DNA of 64,000 bases from Armatimonadota bacterium. GTDB taxonomy: Bacteria > Armatimonadota > SYMT01. This document shows, in pieces, positions 10,130 through 18,717 of this stretch. Location: assembly GCA_041690135.1 (NCBI GenBank), contig JAWLHY010000008.1:128001-192000 (forward strand), read 5' to 3'. The position numbers were made by a program, and so were the translations under genes. The stretch's first letter is position 1; every line of letters begins with the position of its first letter. The notes beneath the pieces are model-generated. The model saw nothing but the letters and a program-made list of their open reading frames with translations, was not told where the DNA came from and searched no databases.

Positions 10130-10692
10130 GCGATCGTTTGACGGAGCTCTACCGGGAGATCCTGGTGGAGATTGGAGAGGACCCGGAGCGAGAAGGGCTG
10201 GCGAAGACACCGGCTCGCGCGGCCCAGGCGTTCCGCGACTTCACCCGCGGCTACACGCAGGATGTGAGCACAGTCCTCAATAAGGCGGTGTTCTCGGAAG
10301 AGTATGACGACATGGTCATCGTCCGGGACATCGAGATGTATAGCCTTTGCGAGCACCACCTGGTGCCGTTCTTCGGCTCGGTGCACGTCGGCTATCTGCC
10401 GCAGGGGAAGATTCTGGGGTTGAGCAAAATCGCGCGCGTCGTCGACATGTTCTCCCGCCGTCTGCAGGTGCAGGAGCGCCTCACGCATGAAATCGCCCAT
10501 GCGATCCAGGAAGCGATCGAGCCGCTGGGGGTCGCGGTGGTGGTGGAAGCCCGTCACCTCTGCATGATGTCGCGCGGGGTCGAGAAGCAGCAGTCCAAGA
10601 TGATCACGAGCTGCGTACTGGGCGCCTTCCGGAAGGACCGGGGCACCCGCCAGGAGTTCATGGACCTCCTCCGCGGCAACGGGCGTTCGTAG
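10126..10692 (+). CDS. folE: GTP cyclohydrolase I
   Basis: GEDPEREGL-x-[39 protein letters not shown]. Confidence 0.97.
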   Translation: MSDRLTELYREILVEIGEDPEREGLAKTPARAAQAFRDFTRGYTQDVSTVLNKAVFSEEYDDMVIVRDIEMYSLCEHHLVPFFGSVHVGYLPQGKILGLSKIARVVDMFSRRLQVQERLTHEIAHAIQEAIEPLGVAVVVEARHLCMMSRGVEKQQSKMITSCVLGAFRKDRGTRQEFMDLLRGNGRS

Positions 10693-10809
10693 TAAAGCTG
10701 TGATCGGATTTGCCGGATTGCAGCCTGAGTTCCATAATAAGCCGTGCGCTCCGGAGGCATGGGGCCCAGAGCGCGGTCTGTCGAGGTTGGGGATACCGAA
10801 AGGGTAGTT

Positions 10810-11715
10810 ATGAAGGAGTTACCGGTAGTCAACGAGGTTCGCATCGGCGGACCCTTGAGCGCGTTCGGACCACCCCGGCCCGACTGGCTCAAGGTCCGGG
10901 CTCCCGGCGGCCCTAACTACACCGACCTGCAGCGGCTGGTGTCCGACCTCCGCCTCCACACGGTCTGCGAAAGCGCGCGATGTCCCAACATCGGCGATTG
11001 CTGGGAGCGACGGTCCGCGACCTTTATGATCCTGGGCGACATCTGTACGCGAGCCTGCGGCTTTTGCGCCATCAAGACGGGTCGCCCTCTGGAACTGGAT
11101 CGTGAAGAACCGGAACGGGTTGCCGAGGCGATCGAGTATCTCGGGCTCCGCTTCGCGGTTATCACCTCGGTCAACCGGGATGAGCTCCCCGACGGCGGCG
11201 CGGAAATCTTCGCGGAGACGATCCGCGCGGTCCGCCGTCGCAGCCCGCAGACCGGAATCGAGGTCTTGATTCCGGACTTTGAAGGCAACGAGGACGCCCT
11301 GCGGATGGTGATGGAGGCCCGACCCGACATCCTGAACCACAACATGGAGAGTATCGAGCGCCTCTACAAGCTCGTTCGTCCCCAGGCGAAGTACTGGCGG
11401 TCGCTCGAACTCCTGCGCAGGGCCAAAGCCATGGACCCGACCGTGGTGACGAAGAGCGGAATGATGTTGGGGGTCGGCGAGGAACTCGATGAGGTTCGCG
11501 AAGCCATGCGCCACCTGCGGGAAGTCGACTGCGATGTGCTCACCCTCGGCCAGTACCTTCGCCCTTCCGCAAAGCACATCCCGGTCGTGCGCTACGTGAC
11601 GCCCGAAGAGTTCGCGCTCCTGAAAGAAGAGGGACTCGCGATGGGCTTCCGCCACGTGGAGAGCGGACCACTCGTCCGCAGTTCCTACCACGCCGACGAG
11701 CAGGTACCGAAGTAG
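10810..11715 (+). CDS. lipA: Lipoyl synthase
   Basis: [23 protein letters not shown] radical-SAM motif, [10 protein letters not shown]. Confidence 0.97.
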   Translation: MKELPVVNEVRIGGPLSAFGPPRPDWLKVRAPGGPNYTDLQRLVSDLRLHTVCESARCPNIGDCWERRSATFMILGDICTRACGFCAIKTGRPLELDREEPERVAEAIEYLGLRFAVITSVNRDELPDGGAEIFAETIRAVRRRSPQTGIEVLIPDFEGNEDALRMVMEARPDILNHNMESIERLYKLVRPQAKYWRSLELLRRAKAMDPTVVTKSGMMLGVGEELDEVREAMRHLREVDCDVLTLGQYLRPSAKHIPVVRYVTPEEFALLKEEGLAMGFRHVESGPLVRSSYHADEQVPK

Positions 11716-11823
11716 GACCCACATTCGCCGAAGGCTTGTGCCCTGTGCGGTGACGACTACGTATTTTGGCAATCCGCGACTCACAGGATTTGCGCCAAGA
11801 ATAGGTCCCCGCGACAGCGGATC

Positions 11824-11860
11824 ACGACGCCCGGCCACCTATCGGCCGGGCGTCGTCTTT
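11824..11860 (+). terminator. Intrinsic terminator downstream of lipA
   Basis: 13-bp perfect stem ACGACGCCCGGCC/GGCCGGGCGTCGT, 7-nt loop, then CTTT. Confidence 0.7.
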
Positions 11861-11886
11861 ACCCGGTCCGTGGCGCGCGTTATAAT
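11858..11886 (+). promoter_or_regulatory. Sigma70-type promoter for the erpA/iscA gene
   Basis: TTTACC-N17-TATAAT. Confidence 0.65.
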
Positions 11887-12044
11887 ACCGCCAGAGTTTG
11901 ATCGGACGCGCGGGCCTTCGTGTCGGCTCCGGCGGTAGCGGGTACGACCCCAGAAACAACTCGAGCGAATACCCCCATCCAGGTGCGGGGTTTGGTATGG
12001 CTCCTTGCTCAGGAATGGGCGAGAGAAGAAGGAAGGATCAGGCA

Positions 12045-12434
12045 GTGATTACCCTAACCGAGAAGGCAGTCGCCAAGGTCAGAGAAATTATCGAGGGGCA
12101 GGGCCAGGCCGAAGCCGGGCTGCGCGTCTACGTGGCCGGGGGCGGCTGCTCCGGCTTCAAATACGGAATGGCGCTCGACACCGAAGCCGCGCCGGACGAT
12201 GAAGTGTTCGAGTGCGCCGGGCTGAAAGTGTTTGTCGACTCAATGAGCTTCCCGTACCTGAACGGCGCCTCCGTGGATTACGTGGACGACGCGCTTCTGG
12301 GGCAGGGCTTCAAGGTTGAGAACCCGAATGCGACGTCTTCCTGCGGCTGCGGCCAGTCGTTCAAGACGGCCGACGGCGCCCCGGCGGGCGGTGGCGGCTG
12401 CGGCAGCGGCGGCTGCGGATCCGGCTGCGGCTAA
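12045..12434 (+). CDS. erpA: A-type Fe-S cluster carrier (HesB/IscA/ErpA family)
   Basis: ITLTEKAV, GGGCSGFKY, NPNATSSCGCGQSF; GTG start after AAGGA; extra Gly/Cys tail. Confidence 0.9.
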   Translation: MITLTEKAVAKVREIIEGQGQAEAGLRVYVAGGGCSGFKYGMALDTEAAPDDEVFECAGLKVFVDSMSFPYLNGASVDYVDDALLGQGFKVENPNATSSCGCGQSFKTADGAPAGGGGCGSGGCGSGCG

Positions 12435-12447
12435 TCCCGGTTTTCAG

Positions 12448-12496
12448 TAACACAAACAACCGGCCAGGCCTGGGGCCTGGCCGGTTGTTTGTGTTA
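12448..12496. terminator. Bidirectional terminator-like 23-bp perfect inverted repeat
   Basis: TAACACAAACAACCGGCCAGGCC-TGG-GGCCTGGCCGGTTGTTTGTGTTA between convergent genes. Confidence 0.85.
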
Positions 12497-12504
12497 GACC
12501 CAAG

Positions 12505-12789
12505 TTATTGGGCTGCGCGCTGTTGCGCCGCCTGGCCCGTAACAAAGCGCCAGCAGCGCCGCAGGAAACCTCTCCAACCGACCTCGTTCGGGTCGATCAT
12601 CTCCAACCCTTCCGGAAACTCCTCCCGGTAAAAGCTCTGCATGTCGCGCATCAGGCGTACCTTCCCCTCTTCCGGAAGGTCGGCGGCGCGACTGACCCCG
12701 TAGGTCGCCAGGTGGCGCTCGACGATTTCCGTGCCGCGGTCTGCGATGCGCTGGGGCACGTCGGGTACGTAGCGATTGACCTTTTTCAT
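12505..12789 (-). CDS. Hypothetical protein (94 aa)
   Basis: ATG preceded by GGAGTGAGGG; fills the gap and ends at the terminator. Confidence 0.65.
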   Translation of the reverse strand: MKKVNRYVPDVPQRIADRGTEIVERHLATYGVSRAADLPEEGKVRLMRDMQSFYREEFPEGLEMIDPNEVGWRGFLRRCWRFVTGQAAQQRAAQ

Positions 12790-12911
12790 CCCTCACTCCC
12801 GCCTTTAGAAGCCTGCTCTCATTCCAACTACACTTCACGCATACCCTTACCCATGTTTGGGCAAAACCCTCTGTCCCAAGGATAGGAGACCGGATGGAGG
12901 GAGTTGGAGTG

Positions 12912-13280
12912 ATGAAATCAGTCTGGGCCGAGACCCTGCGACTGGACGTGACGGAAGTGGATGGCTACCCATGCGTACGGCTTGCCGGCGAAGGGGAGCA
13001 GTGCGGAGCGGATAACCTGGAGCGCGCTTTCGAGGAGTTGATCCGCATGGGGATGACCCGCGTAGTGTTGGACACGCGCGACGTGCGGTTCCTCGACCCG
13101 CAGTGCTACGAAGCACTCGAGAGCGTGGTTCAGAAGTTGGAGGCGACGGGGGGGTTGCTCGTGGTGGTGGACCAGAGCCTGCCCGTGGAACGGACTCTCA
13201 AGCTACTGGACGTCGAGCGCCTGGCACCGGTCGTCCCGACCATCAGCCAGGCCACCACCTATCTCGACTGGCACGAATAG
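12912..13280 (+). CDS. STAS domain protein (anti-sigma factor antagonist-like)
   Basis: VRLAGE, VVLDTRDVRFLD, VERTLKLL pattern. The usual phosphoacceptor Ser (DSS) is replaced by DPQ. Confidence 0.8.
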   Translation: MKSVWAETLRLDVTEVDGYPCVRLAGEGEQCGADNLERAFEELIRMGMTRVVLDTRDVRFLDPQCYEALESVVQKLEATGGLLVVVDQSLPVERTLKLLDVERLAPVVPTISQATTYLDWHE

Positions 13281-13292
13281 TAAGGCGTGGGG

Positions 13293-13604
13293 CTACGGGC
13301 CGAACTCCACCGGCCCGTCCCACCCACTCATTCCGTGGCGGATGTTTCGGACCTTCTCAAAGCCTACCTCGGAAAGCCAGTATCCCGCGGAGGCGCTCCG
13401 GATGCCGTGGGCGCACACCACGAGTGTTTCCTTTTCGGGGTCGAGTTCCTGGTAGCGCGCCGTGAGTTCATCCAACGGGATGTGCACCGCACCGGGGATG
13501 TGCCCCCCGCGCCACTCCGGTGGCGTGCGGACATCCAGGATCACCACTTCTCCCGCCAGATACTGCTCCAGGGCCTGGTTCGGTGTAATCTCGATGTATG
13601 CCAT
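13293..13604 (-). CDS. Rhodanese-like domain protein
   Basis: LDVRTPPEW-x-GGHIPGA, VCAHGIRS active loop, GMSGW. Confidence 0.92.
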   Translation of the reverse strand: MAYIEITPNQALEQYLAGEVVILDVRTPPEWRGGHIPGAVHIPLDELTARYQELDPEKETLVVCAHGIRSASAGYWLSEVGFEKVRNIRHGMSGWDGPVEFGP

Positions 13605-13905
13605 ATATCCTGCTCCCGTTCCCGTTCCGTGTCTCGTGCAAGGTAACGCGTAAGCAGAGGCAGGTCAAGTGTTCGGCCACGGGGGACGATCAGCACGGGC
13701 AAACTCCCTGCAAGAGCAACTGCAGGCCAACTGCCCCAATTGCGCCGGGTGTTAGCGCGCCTCACAATCCTCCTCTTCATCTTCATCCAGATCGATCGGG
13801 TGGGGCAACACCTGCCCGGACAGGGGAGAATTACGGGAACGTCAGGGCTGGAGTCGCACCGCGGTTTCGGCCGCTGCTGAAGCATTGTTGATTGCCGAGG
13901 TTGGA

Positions 13906-14994
13906 ATGCACATTTCTGAGCTGGATACGCCCGCCGTTCTGATCGACCTGGATGTCCTCGAAAACAACATCCGGAGGGCACAGGACTACTTCACCACGCA
14001 CGGGATCCACTTCCGGCCCCACATCAAGACCCATAAGATTCCGCAAATCGCCCAGATGCAGGTGGAGGCGGGAGCTGTGGGAATCACCTGCGCCAAGCTC
14101 GGCGAGGCCGAAGTGATGGCCGACGCGGGCATCCAGGATATCTTCCTTGCCTATCCGATCCTGGGAGCACAGAAGCTGGCACGGTTGGTCCGCCTCGCCG
14201 AACGGTGCCGCCTCATAGTGGCGTTCGACTCCCCGGAAGCGGCCGAAGGAATCAGCCGGGCGGCGCAGGAGGCGGGGTTGGAGATCGGTGCCCTGGTAGA
14301 AATCGATACGGGTACGGAGCGCTGCGGCATCGCCCCCGGACCGGAGCTCGAAGGGCTGTGCCGGAGGGTCATCGACGCTCCCGGGTTGCGTTTCCGCGGA
14401 CTGATGACCTACCAGGGCTTCATCCAGGGTTCGCTGCAGGAGCGAACCCTGGAGATGCGGGCGGAAGGCGAGCGCATCCAGCAGATTCTGAGTGACCTCG
14501 AAAAAGTGGGAATCCCCTGCGAAATCGTCAGCGGCGGCACCTCGCCCAGCATGTTCTTCTCACACCTGGCCAAGCCGATTACCGAGAACCGGGCCGGCAC
14601 CTACATCTTTAACGACCGGAACATGGTTTCCAGCGGAGCGGTGACCTGGTCGGATTGTGCGATGCGCGTGGCGGTCACCGTGGCCAGCACGGCCGTAACC
14701 GGCCAGATCATCATCGACGGCGGCTCGAAGACGTTCAGCAGCGATCGGTGCGGCGCCTGGGAGGGCTTCGGGCGCGTGGTGGAAGATCCCGATCTCCTGT
14801 TCCTCAAGATGAACGAAGAGCACGGGTACGTGCGGCTGAACGGCAGCACGCGGAAGCACCGGGTGGGGGATCGCGTGCACGTCATTCCGAACCATGTGTG
14901 CACGGCAATGAACATGCACGATGAAGTGTGGGCTCACCGGAACGGCGAGGTGGTGGAACGGTGGCCCGTGGCTGCTCGCGGCAAGATCCGATAG
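13906..14994 (+). CDS. Fold-type III PLP enzyme (D-threonine aldolase/D-serine dehydratase family)
   Basis: LDTPAVLIDLD, RPHIKTHK, SGGTSP, ENRAGTYIFND, NEEHG, PNHVC. Confidence 0.9.
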   Translation: MHISELDTPAVLIDLDVLENNIRRAQDYFTTHGIHFRPHIKTHKIPQIAQMQVEAGAVGITCAKLGEAEVMADAGIQDIFLAYPILGAQKLARLVRLAERCRLIVAFDSPEAAEGISRAAQEAGLEIGALVEIDTGTERCGIAPGPELEGLCRRVIDAPGLRFRGLMTYQGFIQGSLQERTLEMRAEGERIQQILSDLEKVGIPCEIVSGGTSPSMFFSHLAKPITENRAGTYIFNDRNMVSSGAVTWSDCAMRVAVTVASTAVTGQIIIDGGSKTFSSDRCGAWEGFGRVVEDPDLLFLKMNEEHGYVRLNGSTRKHRVGDRVHVIPNHVCTAMNMHDEVWAHRNGEVVERWPVAARGKIR

Positions 14995-15000
14995 ATACGG

Positions 15001-15035
15001 AAAGGGGCTGCGGCATTGCGTGCCGCAGCCCCTTT
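15001..15035. terminator. Bidirectional intrinsic terminator
   Basis: AAAGGGGCTGCGGCA-TTGCG-TGCCGCAGCCCCTTT, a 15-bp perfect stem between convergent genes. Confidence 0.85.
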
Positions 15036-15058
15036 ACTCTTGCCGAGTCCGCCGTGAT

Positions 15059-15616
15059 TCATTCCGGTGCGGGCGGGCGGAAGGTTCTCTCCCCGGCCGG
15101 ACGCTCGCTTCGCGACGTATTTGGACTCTCGGTTGACCCCGCCCCCGCGTCATCCGCGTAACCGTCGCGCCCGGATGGATTCCGCGGCCCGAATCCGTCG
15201 CGCCCGGGGTTTTCACGGGAATAGTGCTCGCGTGGCGGATAGTTCCCATGCCGTTCTCCGTCGCGGGGTGATCCATCCCGTGGATAACCTCTCTCACCGC
15301 CTTCGCCGGGGTGCCGTCGCGGCGGGCGGGGTCCTTCCGGGCCGCGGCCGCCGGGACCACGGCCACCACCGCCGGGGCCGCGGCCTCCGCCGAGCGTGCG
15401 CGGGCCGGAGATCGAAACGATGGCGCTCTTATAGACCAATTGCGCCGGCCCGCCGTCCAGCGGCTCAAGCAGTAGTACGTATGGATCGTACTCCAGCACC
15501 CGACCCCGAATCGACATGCGGTTTCGGAGGTAGATCGTGGCGATCTGGCGGGCCTCGGTGATGCGGCCCAGGACATTCTCCTGGAAATCCCGGCAAACGT
15601 TGGTTCTCGGTGGCAT
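15059..15616 (-). CDS. hfq: Hfq-like Sm-fold RNA chaperone with a long R/G/P-rich C-terminal tail
   Basis: FQENVL...ATIYLRN...IRGRVLEYDPYVLLL...QLVYKSAIVSI aligns with Hfq Sm1/Sm2 (QMVYKHAIST). Confidence 0.75.
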   Translation of the reverse strand: MPPRTNVCRDFQENVLGRITEARQIATIYLRNRMSIRGRVLEYDPYVLLLEPLDGGPAQLVYKSAIVSISGPRTLGGGRGPGGGGRGPGGRGPEGPRPPRRHPGEGGERGYPRDGSPRDGERHGNYPPREHYSRENPGRDGFGPRNPSGRDGYADDAGAGSTESPNTSRSERPAGERTFRPPAPE

Positions 15617-15672
15617 ACCTGCTCGGTCCCTGGTGGTGTTCGGTCGGACAGAAAAGTCGGCTCGCCTGACCA

Positions 15673-16395
15673 TTATACCACCGGCCGGACGGAGCCGAAC
15701 ACCGGAGCATCGAGGCGCTCCGTGAGAAGGGTCACGAGACTATCGGCCAGTCCTTGCGTCGTCTCGCACTCGGCCAGCACGTTTTCCGAGTCCAGTACAA
15801 AGGCGCGGTGCCGCCCGTCATGGTACTCGGAGAGGTCATTGGCCACCACCAGATCCGCTCGGGAGCGGGACGCGCTGGATCGCGCGATGCCGAACAACTC
15901 CTCCTGCGTGCGGGCTACCTCCAACTTGAACTTGACCAGTACCAGATCCGCTGCAAGGTCCTTGATTTCGTCCACAATCTTCGGCGTGGGGCGCAGCCGC
16001 AAGATCAACTCCTCGTCGCCGGAGGGCAGCTTGGTGGCTACTTCGGAGATGGGCCGATAGTCGGATACGGCGGCGGCATGGAGCATGGCGTGGAAAGCGC
16101 CCGTCCGGAGTTGCTCGCGCACCAGGCCGTGGAGGTCGTCGAATGTGACGAAAGGCAAGACCCGAATCCCGGAAGCACGAAGCTCCTCCGCCGGAACCTG
16201 AACGGGACCCAGCAGTAGGGTGACCTCGGCCCCCGCTCGTGCAAAGGTGGTGGCCAGGGTGATCCCCGTGCGTCCCGAGGAGAAGTTACTGATATGCCGG
16301 ACGGCATCGATTCGCACCCAGGTCGGCCCGGCGGTGATCAACACCCGTCGGCCGCGCAGTGGGACCCCTTGCGGGGGATGGTTGGGACCTGCCAT
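15673..16395 (-). CDS. coaB: Stand-alone phosphopantothenate-cysteine ligase (CoaB/DFP domain)
   Basis: VLITAGPT-x3-IDAVRHISNFSSGRTG, HAAAVSDY, L-x-PTPKI, VVAND; no CoaC flavoprotein domain. Confidence 0.88.
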   Translation of the reverse strand: MAGPNHPPQGVPLRGRRVLITAGPTWVRIDAVRHISNFSSGRTGITLATTFARAGAEVTLLLGPVQVPAEELRASGIRVLPFVTFDDLHGLVREQLRTGAFHAMLHAAAVSDYRPISEVATKLPSGDEELILRLRPTPKIVDEIKDLAADLVLVKFKLEVARTQEELFGIARSSASRSRADLVVANDLSEYHDGRHRAFVLDSENVLAECETTQGLADSLVTLLTERLDAPVFGSVRPVV

Positions 16396-16494
16396 GACAA
16401 GAATTCCTGATCGGCTGCAAAAAAGGTAGAACTTGAGGACCAATCGTGCGTCTAAGGGGTTGATCTGCTTCGTTTCCTTCTCCAGTTGGAAGGT

Positions 16495-16524
16495 CCCCGC
16501 CCATCGGGCGGGGTTTTCTTTTTT
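16495..16524 (+). terminator. Orphan plus-strand intrinsic terminator in a divergent intergenic region
   Basis: CCCCGCCC-ATC-GGGCGGGG followed by TTTTCTTTTTT; no plus-strand gene upstream. Confidence 0.7.
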
Positions 16525-16667
16525 CTGGCAATTATTTTCGGAGATCCCAGCAGGGATTCCGGAGTTCTCGGGCCAAATAGGCCGCATGGTATAACACCAA
16601 GCACCAACCGGCCTCGCCTGCCTTTGCCGATCCTGCTGGCGTGCGCCGGTGCTGCGGAGTAGTCCCC

Positions 16668-17363
16668 ATGGCCATCAGTGACCTTCTTGCGGAAGTTCCC
16701 CTCTTCGAGGGCATGTCTGAAAGCGATCTCGCCATTGTCGCGCAGCGAGTTCGGCAGCGACGCTATAAGGACGGAGACACCATCTTCCACCGGAACGACC
16801 CGGGGGTAGCGCTCTACGTCATCGTTAAGGGGAAGGTCAAGATCCACAACGAGACGCCCGACGGCTCCGACTGCATTATAGCCATCCTGTGTGAGGGTGA
16901 GTTCTTCGGCGAGTTGGCCGTGATCGATGGCGAGGAGCGTTCGGCGGATGCCACGACTCTGGAGGCGACCGACCTCCTGATGCTGACGAAGGATGATCTC
17001 CACGACATCCTGCAGCGTTATCCGGGGATCAGCCTTCAACTGTTAAGTACGCTGGCGGGGCGGTTGCGGCGTACCACCGAATCGTACCTGGCCTACTCGG
17101 CGCTCGATGTGAACGGCCGTCTCGCGCTGCAACTGCTGCGCCTGTCGGAACAGCACGGCATCGTCACGCCCGAAGGCGTCCGGATCAACCTCCGGTTGAC
17201 CCAAACCGACCTGGGCGCCCTGGTGGGCGCCTCGCGTGAGAGCGTGAATAAGGTGATGGGGTACTTCCGGCGCCAGGGGTTCATCAGCGTGGATGACCGG
17301 GCCCAGATTACGGTGCTCAACCAGAAGGCGCTGCAGCGGAAGTGCGAACTGACCCTCCAGTAA
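16668..17363 (+). CDS. Crp/Fnr family transcriptional regulator
   Basis: cNMP domain FFGELAVIDG-x2-RSA; HTH LTQTDLGALVGASRESVNK. Confidence 0.95.
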   Translation: MAISDLLAEVPLFEGMSESDLAIVAQRVRQRRYKDGDTIFHRNDPGVALYVIVKGKVKIHNETPDGSDCIIAILCEGEFFGELAVIDGEERSADATTLEATDLLMLTKDDLHDILQRYPGISLQLLSTLAGRLRRTTESYLAYSALDVNGRLALQLLRLSEQHGIVTPEGVRINLRLTQTDLGALVGASRESVNKVMGYFRRQGFISVDDRAQITVLNQKALQRKCELTLQ

Positions 17364-17431
17364 ACCGGTCGGAGGGCGTTCCTGGCATTGAGGTGCGAGG
17401 GGAGGCGGCCACGTAAAGGCGCCTCCCCTCG

Positions 17432-18577
17432 TTATGCAGCCTTGGCTTGGGACATCGGACCTGCCTGGGCCCGCAGCCATGTTGCGAGGCCTGCGACCCT
17501 CTCCTGAGGCGGCTGGGAGGCGGGCAATTGCCAAAAGGCGCCGGTGCCGGTGTTCTTCCGCATCCAGGCCGAAACGATCTGGATCTCGTCCAGCAGTTCC
17601 GCGTCGATCTTCTTGGGATCGAGTTCCTGCGAATCGGCGATTGCGGCGACGAGGCGTGTGGCCCAAGCGTGGCAGATCGCCGGTTCGCGGAGTTCCTCTG
17701 CCGTGAGATCCGCCTGCAGGACCAGGCGGCCAGAGTGGAACGCGAACAAGCTTAGGTTGCCGGGAGTGAGGGAAGGACACGCCGCCACCAGTGACAGCTC
17801 CTGCACTGCACTCATCAGGGCGTGCTGACGACCGCTCAGCGCCTCGATGTGACGCATTGCGTTTCGCAAGCGGGCTGCTAGCTCAAACTGCAGGCGCTCG
17901 GCGGCGCGCTCCATCCGGCCCCGGATACTGATGAGCACGCGTTCTTCCTTGCCGGCGAAGATATCGCGGACGGCATCCACGCCTTCCGCGTACTCGGCAG
18001 GCGTCACCGCGCCGATACACGGGCCCGAACAGGTCCCCAGTTCGTAGCGGTAGCAGACACGCTGGCGCGACAGTGCCTCTCCGCTCACGGTGCAGTCGCG
18101 CAGCTTGAGGGCGTCGGTAAGCGTATGGACGGCCTCTTCCAGGGTCGCCTGGCTGCGGAAGGGACCGAAGTACTCGGCGCCGTCCCTGCGGGGTGCGCGA
18201 GTCACCTCCAGCCGGGGATAGGGATCGTGGAAGTCGACCCGCAGGTAGGGAAGGGGCACGAACTCTTTCAACATGACGTTGAAGCGGGGCTGATGGCGCT
18301 TGATCAGCCGGCTTTCCAGGAGCAATGCCTCCAGTTCCGATCCGGTCTGCTGCCAGTCCAAATCGACAATTTCCTGCCGCAGACGCCGGATCTTCTTCGA
18401 CGGCGCGCGTCCATTGAAGTAGGACCGCACGCGATCGCGCAGGCAGACGGACTTGCCCACGTAGATGAGGTGGCCGCCGGCATCATAAAAGCGGTAGATG
18501 CCGGGACCGTTGGGAAGGGTGCGAAGGCGGGGTTCGAGTTGCGCCTTCTTTCGTGCGAGGACCGTACTGCCTGCCAT
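17432..18577 (-). CDS. UvrC/Cho-like GIY-YIG excinuclease without the C-terminal RNase H/HhH region
   Basis: PGIYRF...IYVGKSVCLRDRVRSYF, EALLLESRLIK-x3-PRFN, YFGPF, Cys cluster, UVR motif ERLQFELAARLRN. Confidence 0.88.
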   Translation of the reverse strand: MAGSTVLARKKAQLEPRLRTLPNGPGIYRFYDAGGHLIYVGKSVCLRDRVRSYFNGRAPSKKIRRLRQEIVDLDWQQTGSELEALLLESRLIKRHQPRFNVMLKEFVPLPYLRVDFHDPYPRLEVTRAPRRDGAEYFGPFRSQATLEEAVHTLTDALKLRDCTVSGEALSRQRVCYRYELGTCSGPCIGAVTPAEYAEGVDAVRDIFAGKEERVLISIRGRMERAAERLQFELAARLRNAMRHIEALSGRQHALMSAVQELSLVAACPSLTPGNLSLFAFHSGRLVLQADLTAEELREPAICHAWATRLVAAIADSQELDPKKIDAELLDEIQIVSAWMRKNTGTGAFWQLPASQPPQERVAGLATWLRAQAGPMSQAKAA

Positions 18578-18717
18578 CACAAACGATACACTGAAAACGG
18601 CTGAGCCTCTGCCTGGAGTGACATGACGCATAGTCGGGTTGGAATCTGCGCCGGCCACAGAAAGGTTCAAACAGATTTTCGAGAACCGGACTGTGGGACA
18701 GGGAAAAGGGGAAGAAA

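Noticed and set aside
13605-13905. Possible small ORF or ncRNA between the rhodanese and PLP-enzyme genes
   Set aside because: No convincing start/RBS, motif or stable structure; treated as a divergent promoter region.
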